This document shows positions 1 through 9,115 of a stretch of 64,000 bases of DNA, piece by piece. The notes below the pieces were generated by a model. That model was not told the origin of the DNA and did no database searches. It saw only the letters and a list, made by a program, of their open reading frames with translations. Each line of letters begins with the position of its first letter. Position 1 is the stretch's first letter. Where the stretch lies: contig OZ245046.1 in assembly GCA_965224245.1 (NCBI GenBank), positions 2,624,001-2,688,000 of the forward strand. Direction: 5' to 3'. This DNA comes from Candidatus Eiseniibacteriota bacterium (GTDB lineage Bacteria > Eisenbacteria > RBG-16-71-46 > CAZAMP01). A program made the translations under genes and the position numbers.

Positions 1-1086
1 GAGCTCGCGTTCGAGGAGACCCGGACCTCGGCGCTGGTCGCCGATCGACTGCGCGAGTGGGACTATAGTCCCGTGGTCGGGGCGGGCAAGACCGGCGTGG
101 TGACCCTGCTGGAGGGCCGGTCCGATGGTCCCTGCGTGCTCGTGCGCGCCGACATCGACGCGCTCCCGATCCGGGAGGAGACCCCGGTCCCGTTCGCGTC
201 GAGCGTGTCGGGCAAGATGCACGCGTGCGGCCACGACGCCCACACCGCGATCGCCCTGACCGCGGCGCGAATCTGGAAGCGGCTCCCGGCACCGCCCAGA
301 GGCCGGATCAAGTGGGTGTTCCAGCCGGCCGAGGAGATCGGCGAGGGCGCCAGGGCCATGATCGCCGACGGCGTGCTGGAGAGCCCGAAGGTCGACGCGG
401 CGTTCGGCCTCCACGTGTGGTCGCAGCTCGAGGTCGGCAAGATCATGGTGACCCCTGGCTCGTTCATGGCCGCGGTGGACGAGGTCCGGATCGACGTGAA
501 CGGGCGCGGGGGGCACGGCGCAGAGCCCCATCGGGCACGAGACCCCGTCCTGGCCGCCGCCCACGTGGTGACCGCGCTCCAGCAGATCGCCTCGCGCCGC
601 ACCGATCCCAATCAGGCCGTCGTGGTCACGATCGCCTCGATCCACGCCGGCGACGCGTTCAACGTGATCCCCGACTCGGCCCGCATCGAAGGCACGCTCC
701 GTTGCTACGACGACGACACCTGGACCGTGCTACCCCGGTGGGTCGAGGAGATCGCGACGCACGTCGCGGCGGGGTTCGGATGCGAGGCCCGGGTGAGCAT
801 CGTCCGCCGGACGCGTCCGACGATCAACGACCCCGAGATGGCCGCGCTCGCGCGAGAGGTGGCCGTGGAGCTGGTAGGCGAGGACAACGTCGTCACCGGC
901 AAGACCATGGGGGGCGAGGACTTCAGCGAGTTCCTGGCCCACGTGCCCGGGTGCTTCGTCTTCGTGGGAGCGGGCGGCCCAGAGCGCGAGCCCCATCACT
1001 CGCCGCGGTTCGACCTCGACGAGCGGGCGTTCCCGCTCGGGGTCCGGCTCCTGGGGAGGCTGGCCGAGCAATACCTCGCGCGCTGA
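1..1086 (+). CDS. M20 family amidohydrolase (5'-truncated by window edge)
   Basis: Frame is open from base 1 (ELAFEETRTS...). Motifs RADIDALPI, MHACGHDAH, FQPAEE, GGHGA, GGEDF, HHSPRF. Confidence 0.92.
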   Translation, partial: ELAFEETRTSALVADRLREWDYSPVVGAGKTGVVTLLEGRSDGPCVLVRADIDALPIREETPVPFASSVSGKMHACGHDAHTAIALTAARIWKRLPAPPRGRIKWVFQPAEEIGEGARAMIADGVLESPKVDAAFGLHVWSQLEVGKIMVTPGSFMAAVDEVRIDVNGRGGHGAEPHRARDPVLAAAHVVTALQQIASRRTDPNQAVVVTIASIHAGDAFNVIPDSARIEGTLRCYDDDTWTVLPRWVEEIATHVAAGFGCEARVSIVRRTRPTINDPEMAALAREVAVELVGEDNVVTGKTMGGEDFSEFLAHVPGCFVFVGAGGPEREPHHSPRFDLDERAFPLGVRLLGRLAEQYLAR

Positions 1087-1142
1087 GTCCTCGCCACGCT
1101 GACGATCGGCTCGCGAGGGGGTCCCACACGGACCCCAGGCCA

Positions 1143-1172
1143 TTGACACACTTTGATTTCGGGCGCTAGGCT
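1143..1172 (+). promoter_or_regulatory. putative sigma70 promoter TTGACA-N18-TAGGCT
   Basis: Perfect -35 at 1143-1148 and TAGGCT at 1167-1172, upstream of the 1344 gene. Confidence 0.6.
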
Positions 1173-1343
1173 CGGGCGTCGCGGTTTCCCCATTCCGGGC
1201 GCGGGGGTGGCGTCCGAAACGTCGGCTTGCCCCGCGCGTCCCATCCCGAATCGAACCACGGTTCGGTCGGGTGCGGCCGCGTCGATCGACTCCTGGAGGG
1301 TCATCCCGTCCCGGAGTGCCGGCTTCGTGAAGGAGGACCTCCC

Positions 1344-2240
1344 ATGCGGTTCGCGAACGGGTGGAGCGTCGCCCTGTGCGCGCTCGCGACGTGCGCCGCG
1401 CTCGGCGGCGTCGCCCACGCTCAGATCAGCAGCAACCTCGGCGGGCTCACGTCCGAGAACGTCGAGGGCTATCTGGAGCCGTTGCCGAAGGCGCTCTCGG
1501 GGACGCTGAACCTCGCCGTGTTCGACGGCGCCGACATCCCGCTGGCCGGACTGAACGTCTCGCTCGGCGTCAAGGCCATGGCGGTCGGGTTCGACGACGA
1601 GGATCGCGTCTACCGTCCGAGCGTGCCGGATGGCTTCCAGACCGGCGACGTCTCCACCGTGGTCGGCGACGGCGAGTCCACGTACCTCGAGGGCGACGGC
1701 GGGCTCCAGATCGGCTTCCCCGGTGGGCTCGACATCGAGACGTTCGCGGTGGCGGTCCCGCAGCTCACGGTCGGTTCCGTTCTGGGAACCCGGGCGGTCA
1801 TCCGCTACATCGCCGTCGAGCTGGACGACACGGAGCTGGGCGATCTCGAGCTGATCGGCTACGGGCTCCAGCACTCGATCTCGCAGTACCTCGGACCGCT
1901 CTTCCCGGTCAACATCGCCGCGGGCTTCTTCATCCAGAGCTTCAAGGTCGGCGAGGATCTGATCGAGTCGGACGCGCTGCACCTGAACGTGATGGGCTCG
2001 AAGAGCTTCGGCACGTTCGAGCCGTACGTGGGGCTCGGGTTCGACAGCTACACGTTCGACGTCTCGTACGACGACACGCTCGACGACACCGACGAGATGG
2101 TGAAGGTGGAGTTCTCCAGCGAGAACGACTTCCACGCGACGCTCGGCGTCGCCGCGCACTTCGCACTGGTCCACACGCACCTCGAGCTGACGTCGGCCGC
2201 CTCGCTCGGCCTCGCGTTCGGCTTGCGGGTCGGTCTCTAG
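1344..2240 (+). CDS. DUF6588-like outer-membrane beta-barrel protein
   Basis: AGGAGG RBS before ATG 1344. Signal peptide ending AHA-Q; motifs GYLEPL, PQLTVGSVLGT, GLQHSISQY; amphipathic beta-strand C-terminus. Confidence 0.65.
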   Translation: MRFANGWSVALCALATCAALGGVAHAQISSNLGGLTSENVEGYLEPLPKALSGTLNLAVFDGADIPLAGLNVSLGVKAMAVGFDDEDRVYRPSVPDGFQTGDVSTVVGDGESTYLEGDGGLQIGFPGGLDIETFAVAVPQLTVGSVLGTRAVIRYIAVELDDTELGDLELIGYGLQHSISQYLGPLFPVNIAAGFFIQSFKVGEDLIESDALHLNVMGSKSFGTFEPYVGLGFDSYTFDVSYDDTLDDTDEMVKVEFSSENDFHATLGVAAHFALVHTHLELTSAASLGLAFGLRVGL

Positions 2241-2259
2241 CGGGCGAACGGAGGACATC

Positions 2260-2922
2260 ATGACGCGATCCACAGCGTTCCGCTTCGGGCTGTTCGCCCT
2301 GGTGACGGCGACCCTGGTCGGCGCGAAGTGCCCGACGATCCCCGAGCTGAAGGACAAGATCGTCAAGCTGGTCGTCAGCGAGTCGATCGACGAGGACTTC
2401 CACGCGGACGGCACGATCAACGAGGAGACCGACGAGCAGGAGGTCTCGCTCGATCAGATCATCGACCTCGACGACCTCCTCGACATCGAGACACTGGCCG
2501 CGGACGCCGGCACCGATCTCGACGAGGTCAACTCGGTCACGCTCCAGCAGGTCCTGGTGCGCACCAAGACCCCCGATCCCCACCCCGACCGCGCGCTGGT
2601 GGACGCGACCGTCGGCGTGAGCATCACGATCGACGGCGCGCGCGGTGAGCTCGTCCCGCTCGTGACCGCGTACGACATCCCGGTCGTCAACGCGGTGACC
2701 GAGTTCATCCCGGTGCCCGTCGATCCGGCCGGCGTGGCCGAGATCAACGAGGCGCTGGCGACGTACCTCGAGGGCGCCAAGAGCGGCGTCTTGCCCGCGG
2801 TGACGCTCACGTACAGCTGGTACGGCGTGTCGACGCCGACCGAGTTCGACACCGACTACGACTGGACCCTTCGCCTCGTGATCGACGTCGACACGAGCCT
2901 GGAGGTCACGATCATCGGCTGA
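2260..2922 (+). CDS. hypothetical lipoprotein
   Basis: GGAGGA RBS; hydrophobic N-terminus ending LVGAK-C; acidic beta-rich body; follows the barrel gene by 19 bp. Confidence 0.65.
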   Translation: MTRSTAFRFGLFALVTATLVGAKCPTIPELKDKIVKLVVSESIDEDFHADGTINEETDEQEVSLDQIIDLDDLLDIETLAADAGTDLDEVNSVTLQQVLVRTKTPDPHPDRALVDATVGVSITIDGARGELVPLVTAYDIPVVNAVTEFIPVPVDPAGVAEINEALATYLEGAKSGVLPAVTLTYSWYGVSTPTEFDTDYDWTLRLVIDVDTSLEVTIIG

Positions 2923-3112
2923 CGTGGCCGTGCCGAGGCGCGGGCGCGCACCGGCGCGAGCGCGATGATCGAGCTCGATCCCGACGAGACGGCGACCGGA
3001 GCCGGACGGCCGGCCCGACGCGCGCCGAGGTTACTCGCCGTCGCGTCGGGGGCATGCTAGGGTCCTCGCGGCCTGCCGCCGCCGACCGAACGAGCCGCGA
3101 GGAATCCCCACG

Positions 3113-3646
3113 ATGAAGATCCAGCGTCTCCACATTCTCGTCCCGGGCCGGGCGTGCACGTTCGGAGCGGCGCTCGTGATCGGGACCGCCCCCGGCGCGT
3201 CGGCGGATTCGCTCGGCGCCGGGGGACCGTCCCTCGGCGTGTTCGCGTCGGCGGATGCGCGGGATCTCGGCACCCGAGACGGCGATCCGGCACGCTGGGG
3301 CGGCTACGTCCGGATCGGGGTCGTGCCGGGCCTCGGGCTCGAGATGTCGGGCATCGCCCAGCGAGACGGCACCGATCGGGTCGAGGTCTACACGGCCAAC
3401 GTGCTCATCGGGGCGAGTGGCGGCGGTCCCGGCGTGTTCGCATTCGCCGGCTATGGGCGAGCGCGGGTGAAGGGACGACCGGCCACCGAGACGCCGGCCT
3501 ACACGCTGGGGGCGGCCGCGCGGATCGCGGCGATCGGGTTTCCGCTGGCGCTCGAGGTCGGGGGGCGCTACTCCTTCGTGGACGTGGTCGACTCCGACGC
3601 GATGACGTTCACGCAGCTCTTCTTCGGCCTGGACGTCGGCTTCTGA
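3113..3646 (+). CDS. small outer-membrane beta-barrel-like protein
   Basis: GAGGA RBS; signal-like N-terminus; alternating hydrophobic strands; C-terminal FFGLDVGF ending in Phe. Confidence 0.55.
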   Translation: MKIQRLHILVPGRACTFGAALVIGTAPGASADSLGAGGPSLGVFASADARDLGTRDGDPARWGGYVRIGVVPGLGLEMSGIAQRDGTDRVEVYTANVLIGASGGGPGVFAFAGYGRARVKGRPATETPAYTLGAAARIAAIGFPLALEVGGRYSFVDVVDSDAMTFTQLFFGLDVGF

Positions 3647-3710
3647 GCACGACCTCGGCCGCGTCTCCCCACCTCGGTCGCGACCGGCCGCGCCGGGCAC
3701 GACGCCGGCG

Positions 3711-4841
3711 TCAGCGCCCCTCGGCGAATCGCGCCCGCTGCCCCGCGTAGTACGCGTCGTCGGGCTCGAGCGCACAGGCCCGGCCGATGACCTCGAGCGC
3801 GCTCACCGGATCTCCGCGCCGGTAGTACACCTCGGCCAGCGTGTCGAGGATCGCGGCGTCGTCGGGCGCCAGCTCCACCGCGCGGGCGGCCGCCCGAAGG
3901 GCCTCGTCCAGGTGGACGTCGTTGATCGCGCAGTACCAGGCCAGCGCGTTGAGCGTGGTCGCCGACGCGTCGTCGTCGGCCAGGGCCGCCGTCAGCGCGG
4001 ATCCGACTCGCGCGCGCTCGCGCGCGGCCGAGGCCGTGTCGCCGGCGGCCTCGTAGGCCTCCGCGTATCGCATGTGGGCGCGAAGCAGATCGGACGCCTG
4101 GTGGATCCGGAACACGCGCCGGAGCTCGGCGATGGGCGTCGGGTGATCCTCCACCCGGAGGTCCACGTAGCGCGTGCGGTACTCGGGGTAAGTGTCGCTC
4201 TCGCGCACGACGAGGAGCGCCGCTGACTGCTGGCCACGGCGATCCCCCCCGGCGCCCTGTCCCGCCTCGAGCGCGGCCAGGAGACGCTCGGCCAGATCGC
4301 CCTCGGTGGACTGGAACGCGACCAGCATGTCGCGGACCACGTCGGACCCGGCGAGGATGTTGCCCTGCACGGACACGTCGACGGCCATGCTGTCGCCCGC
4401 CCACGCGCCGCAGCCCTCACCGGTGTGTGCCGCAACGCGACCGGCCGCGTCGATGATCCCGACCTGCCTCTCCTCGGGCGCGTCGTCGTGAGCCAGGAGC
4501 ATCGACAGCGCATCCGGCGCCCCGATGCCCGATCGCATCATCGCCAGCCCGCGCGGTCCGAACGACTCGTTCGTGCGGGACTGGGTCGCGATCGCGCCCA
4601 CGCCGGCCTCGGCCCACGGCACGCCCCCGCCGACGCTGAACGCACGGGACTGGACGGCCACACCGAGCTCGCCGGTCTCGGGGTCCCGGGCGACGATCGA
4701 GAACGTTCCCGTCGGGTCCTCGGCACGGGCCGGCGCCCCGAGCGACGAGACGACCAGCGCCACGAGTGCGACGGCGCGCCCCCGCCTCGCGATCCCCATT
4801 GTCGAACCCGAGGACGGACGCATCCACACGAGCGCGATCAT
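3711..4841 (-). CDS. secreted DUF1028 (Ntn-hydrolase-like) protein with C-terminal TPR
   Basis: TFSIVARDPETGELGVAVQS, GAIATQS, QGNILAG, GGDRRGQQSAAL, DLRVEDH; TPR-like tail (NALAW, ILDTLAEVYY). ATG overlaps the sppA stop (ATGA). Confidence 0.85.
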   Translation of the reverse strand: MIALVWMRPSSGSTMGIARRGRAVALVALVVSSLGAPARAEDPTGTFSIVARDPETGELGVAVQSRAFSVGGGVPWAEAGVGAIATQSRTNESFGPRGLAMMRSGIGAPDALSMLLAHDDAPEERQVGIIDAAGRVAAHTGEGCGAWAGDSMAVDVSVQGNILAGSDVVRDMLVAFQSTEGDLAERLLAALEAGQGAGGDRRGQQSAALLVVRESDTYPEYRTRYVDLRVEDHPTPIAELRRVFRIHQASDLLRAHMRYAEAYEAAGDTASAARERARVGSALTAALADDDASATTLNALAWYCAINDVHLDEALRAAARAVELAPDDAAILDTLAEVYYRRGDPVSALEVIGRACALEPDDAYYAGQRARFAEGR

Positions 4842-7603
4842 TCGGACTCCTCTCCAACGCCCGGTCCGAGGTACTCGGGCGGCGTCATCAGCAACGGCCG
4901 GCCCGACGCACGCAGGACGGCCTCCAGGTACGTGAGCACGCCCGGCCCGAGACCGAGCGCCGACCAGTCCACCGGACCCGCGGGTGCCACGGACGCAGCC
5001 GCCGGTGCCGCGGATGGAGGCGCCGGCCCGAGATCGGACGGCGAATCGACTCCGGCGAGCCCGGGACGCAGGTCGCCTCCGGGCAGCGGATCCGGGAGAT
5101 CGCCGCGCGTGGCCCCCAGTGCACGGCTGGCCTCCCGGAGCGGCCAGGGCAGCGCCGCGGCGAGGCGGATCGGCAGGGGGAGCGTGGGCACGAGCGACGG
5201 CCACTCGAAGAGCCTTCGCGGCGGGTACTCGACGACGCGCACGTCGTCCCGCTCGCGATCCAGTCCGGCCCCCGCGATCGCCTCGTCCACGGCCGACTCG
5301 AGCGTACCGAATCGATCACAGAGCCCGCGATCGATCGCGTCGCCGCCCATCCACACGCGCCCCTCTCCCGCCGCACGCACGTCGGCCTCGCGAAGCCCCC
5401 GCGTCTCGGCCACGTTCGCGACGAACCGATCGTACAGCCGCATGAACCGGTCGCGCACGATCGCGCGCTCGGCGTCGTCCATCGGGCGCGTCGGGAGCGG
5501 AAGCGGCACGTAGGGAAAGCGGATCCCGGTCGCGAGGTCGGCATGGCGCCCGCGCTGGACCCCGTCGGCGCTGACACCCAGCTTCTCACCGAGGCCGTCG
5601 TCGTAGGCCCAGCCCCCGATCACCCCGATCGAGCCGGTCACCGTGAACGGCGTGGTCAGGATCGGGTCGCCGGGGGCGCTGATCCAGTACCCGCCGGATG
5701 CCGCCACGCTGCCCTGACTGACCACGCACGGCTTGCCGCGCTCGCCGACCTTCCGAAGCCCCTCGGCGACGAGGTCCGAGGGCAGGGGATCGCCGCCGGG
5801 AGAGTCGGCACGCAGCACCACGGCCGCGACCGAGCGGCGCGACGCGGCCCGCCGGAGAAACGCCGACGTGGCGCGACCGCGAATGCCGGTGTCCATCGCG
5901 CAGGCGCCCCGCGCATACACGAGCGCGATCTCGGGGCGTGGCCCCCATCGGATGTTCGGCAGCGACCGGCGCGACCGATCGTCCGGCCGACCGGCGATCC
6001 GGGCACCGTCGCGGTCGGCGGCGATCCAGCGGGCGAGGTCGTCGTACCGCCCGAGCACGTCCACCAGCCCGCGCTCGAGGGCCACGTCCGCGGTCAAGAC
6101 CGCCTCGTCGTCGACGATGCGATCGAACGCGCCCGGGGTCAGGCCGCGCCCGGCCACGATGCCGTCGCGAACGGTCTCGTACACGACGTCGACGTGGCGC
6201 CCGAGCTGCTCGCGATCCACGTCGGACATGTCGGAGCGCGAGTAGGTCTCGCTGGCCGACTTGTGCGTGAAGAACCGGAACTCCTCGAACCCCACGCCGA
6301 TTTTGTCCAGCGCGCCCTTCAGGTACGTGCGGTACGCGGCGAAGCCGGTGAGCCGCAGGTGACCTTCCGGATCCAGCGAGATGCGGTCGGCCGCCGACGC
6401 GACGTAGTAGCCGATCATCCCCAGCCGATCGGCGTGGACGATCACCTCCTTGCCCCGCCGCCGGAGCTCCAGGAGCTTCTCGCGCAGCTCCCACGCCAGC
6501 GCCGCGCGCGTCCGGAAGCCGGCCAGGTTCAACACGACGCCGCGCGCCCCGGGCTCGTCGGCGATCGCATCGAGCTCCGCGATCAGATCGACCAGGCCGA
6601 CCCGCCGGGCGTCGAACCACTGGTACGGCTGGTAGGTGAGCACGCGGTTCTCGAGCGAGACCGGAACGTACCGCCGCTCGGGGATCACGGCGCGCACCGT
6701 GCGCGCCAGGGGCATCCCCGGGTGCGGCGGGCGATCGCGGAACACGTACCGCGTCCGCAGGCGATCTCCGTCGTCGTCGTAGCGCGGCAGCGCGTGCACG
6801 CCGAAGCCGTCCAGCGTGAGCCCCAGGTTGACCGACACGCTCGCATCCCCGTCCACCGGGCCGTCCATCAGCTTGGCGCCGAGTTGTAGCCCCCGGGTGG
6901 GCTGGATCTCCGCTCCGACGGTCCAGCGAGCGTCTTCGAGACGCTCCCCGCGCGAGAGCGTGCCCGCGCCGAACAGCGTCACCAGCGGCGTTCCGAGCGG
7001 GCGGACGCCGACGTCGACGGCCCCGGTTCGCGCCGAGGACTCGATCGAGAACACCGCCGTCGCCCCGGTGCTCAGCCAGCGATTCGGCCGATGGATCGAC
7101 CCGAGCGCCAGCGCGCGCTCGCGGCCGAGCGAGCGGTCGTCGCCGGCGGCCCATCGGTAGGCCAGGCCGACTGCGGTCGCGCGATCACCGACGGCGGCCC
7201 CGAGCTGCCAGTCGAGAACGTGACCGCGCCGGGTGCCGTCGAGCAACACGGTGCGGCGGTCCATCGCGAGCCCCAGCCCCTGCCCCCAGGCGAACCCCCA
7301 GTCGCGGGATCCGCCGTCGGCGCCCCGCTCGTCCCAGTAGACCGCCGCCTCGCCGACGCCTCCGCCGAGGGCCCACGCGGCCGGGTTGGCGATCGCGCCG
7401 AGCGCGCCCGCGGTCACGCTCGGAACGGCGGGAAGGTCGGCGAACGCCGCGTCGGGGTCGACCAGCTCAGCGCCGGGCTCGCGCGCGACGACCCGCGAGG
7501 GCGCGAGACCGATGGCGAGCACCCACGCGGTGAGCACCCATGCCGGCCTCGCCCGGCAGCGGCCGGCAAAGGGAGGATCGGTCGGCGAAACCGGACTCCG
7601 CAT
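4838..7603 (-). CDS. sppA: signal peptide peptidase SppA (S49, two-domain) with N-terminal beta-barrel-like domain
   Basis: YYVASAADRI, HKSASE (Lys), DSPGG, AASGGYWIS (Ser), TGSIGV, GRVWMG. About 250 aa beta-rich N-terminal extension. Start codon uncertain. Confidence 0.88.
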   Translation of the reverse strand: MRSPVSPTDPPFAGRCRARPAWVLTAWVLAIGLAPSRVVAREPGAELVDPDAAFADLPAVPSVTAGALGAIANPAAWALGGGVGEAAVYWDERGADGGSRDWGFAWGQGLGLAMDRRTVLLDGTRRGHVLDWQLGAAVGDRATAVGLAYRWAAGDDRSLGRERALALGSIHRPNRWLSTGATAVFSIESSARTGAVDVGVRPLGTPLVTLFGAGTLSRGERLEDARWTVGAEIQPTRGLQLGAKLMDGPVDGDASVSVNLGLTLDGFGVHALPRYDDDGDRLRTRYVFRDRPPHPGMPLARTVRAVIPERRYVPVSLENRVLTYQPYQWFDARRVGLVDLIAELDAIADEPGARGVVLNLAGFRTRAALAWELREKLLELRRRGKEVIVHADRLGMIGYYVASAADRISLDPEGHLRLTGFAAYRTYLKGALDKIGVGFEEFRFFTHKSASETYSRSDMSDVDREQLGRHVDVVYETVRDGIVAGRGLTPGAFDRIVDDEAVLTADVALERGLVDVLGRYDDLARWIAADRDGARIAGRPDDRSRRSLPNIRWGPRPEIALVYARGACAMDTGIRGRATSAFLRRAASRRSVAAVVLRADSPGGDPLPSDLVAEGLRKVGERGKPCVVSQGSVAASGGYWISAPGDPILTTPFTVTGSIGVIGGWAYDDGLGEKLGVSADGVQRGRHADLATGIRFPYVPLPLPTRPMDDAERAIVRDRFMRLYDRFVANVAETRGLREADVRAAGEGRVWMGGDAIDRGLCDRFGTLESAVDEAIAGAGLDRERDDVRVVEYPPRRLFEWPSLVPTLPLPIRLAAALPWPLREASRALGATRGDLPDPLPGGDLRPGLAGVDSPSDLGPAPPSAAPAAASVAPAGPVDWSALGLGPGVLTYLEAVLRASGRPLLMTPPEYLGPGVGEESE

Positions 7604-7705
7604 TTGGAAGCACCCCGATCGCATTCGATTGCGTAGACTGCGTGCGAGCCGAGTGCCCCCTCGGGGCGGTCTCGGTGCGGTGAGCGAGATGGAGCCCGAT
7701 GCAGT

Positions 7706-8785
7706 ATGACCAGCCCCGACCGGGATCACCACCCAAACCGGCGGGCGCGACGGCGCCTCCTTTGCGGCGCGCTCGCGTCGCGCCGCGTCGTGCTCGCGAT
7801 CGGGCTCGCCGTCGTGCCGGCGCTCGTGCCGGTGACGCCGGAGCTCGCGAGGGGCGCCCGTACACCCGGGGTCGCGGACCGGGCGACGCCCGATCCCCTC
7901 CCGTGGGGCATCTACGAGATTCTCTGGTCGCCGCGACGCTTCCCAGCGGAGCTGGACCGGACGATCCGGACGCTCGGCGCCTCACCCGACTACGTGCTCT
8001 TCTTCCGCGATCTCGCGCGCCCGTATCCCACGCGTGTCTGCGACGCGATCGTCGCCCGAGGCGCCGTGCCCGTGATCTCGATCGAGGTCGAGCACTGGGG
8101 TGGACCGAGCGAGGGCCGGCTGGACGCGATCGTGGCCGGCGAGTACGACGCGCACTTCCTCCGCTACGCACGCGACGCCCGCGAAGGCGGGCACGGCGCG
8201 TTCCTGCGGTTCGGCTTCGAGATGAACGGCGACTGGTTTCCCTGGGGGGGGCAGCCCGCGACGTTCATCGCCGCGTGGCGCCACCTGCACGAGGTCTTCG
8301 GGCGCGAGGGCCACAGCGGCGTGCGCTGGGTCTGGGCCCCCAACGCGATCAGCGGCCCCGATGCTCCCGACAACGGCATCGAGAAGTACTGGCCGGGGGA
8401 CGACGTCGTCGACGTGATCGGTCTCGATGGCTACAACTTCGGCGACGGGTACAGCCGGTGGCACACCTGGCAGAGCTGCGAGGAGGTCTTCCGCCCGGCG
8501 CTGGACAAGATCGTGGAGTCGGGCGTGCCCCATCCGGTCCTGATCACCGAGTTCGGCTGCACCGACGAGGGCCCACCGGAGCGGCGGGCCGCCTGGATCC
8601 GGGACGCCTACGCCTTCTTCCGGGGCCGCCCGGAGGTCCGGGGCGTCATCTGGTTCAACTTCGACAAGCGGCGGGAACGGGAGCCCAACTGGCGCATCGA
8701 CGCCGACGCGGCCTCTCTGGACGCCTGGCGCTCGACGTTCGGGCGCCCCCCCGACCGCCTCCCGGCCCAGGAGTCGAGCCGGTAA
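7706..8785 (+). CDS. glycoside hydrolase family 26 (beta-mannanase-like)
   Basis: RFGFEMNGDWFPWG, WVWAPN, YWPGDDVVDVIGLDGYN, ITEFG; Arg-rich plus hydrophobic N-terminus. Confidence 0.88.
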   Translation: MTSPDRDHHPNRRARRRLLCGALASRRVVLAIGLAVVPALVPVTPELARGARTPGVADRATPDPLPWGIYEILWSPRRFPAELDRTIRTLGASPDYVLFFRDLARPYPTRVCDAIVARGAVPVISIEVEHWGGPSEGRLDAIVAGEYDAHFLRYARDAREGGHGAFLRFGFEMNGDWFPWGGQPATFIAAWRHLHEVFGREGHSGVRWVWAPNAISGPDAPDNGIEKYWPGDDVVDVIGLDGYNFGDGYSRWHTWQSCEEVFRPALDKIVESGVPHPVLITEFGCTDEGPPERRAAWIRDAYAFFRGRPEVRGVIWFNFDKRREREPNWRIDADAASLDAWRSTFGRPPDRLPAQESSR

Positions 8786-9115
8786 ATCGATTCATTGCAA
8801 AATATTACAGCAATCTGATCACAGATCACGCAACGGGTTGACCTCGGAGCGCTTTTCGGACAGGATTTCGCGCCGAGCGTAGCCATCCCCCAGGGCGCCG
8901 CGTCGAAGGTCTCTTGACGCTCCCGGGTCCCGTCGGTTAAGGGAAGCGGCGCAATTGCCCGAGACTGTTCAAATGTAGTCCGACGGGACTTCGCGCGTCG
9001 TCCGACCGGACCCCGCGGCGGTCCGGCGGACTTCACGTGCAGTCCGACGCGACGCCGCCGGTCCGCTTCGAGCCCACCACGGGGCTCGGGCGCCCGGCGA
9101 ACCGAGAGGGCCACC

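Noticed and set aside
2967-2980. 14-bp palindrome GATCGAGCTCGATC in an intergenic region
   Set aside because: Built from the background-abundant GATC/TCGA words, with no clear promoter relationship.
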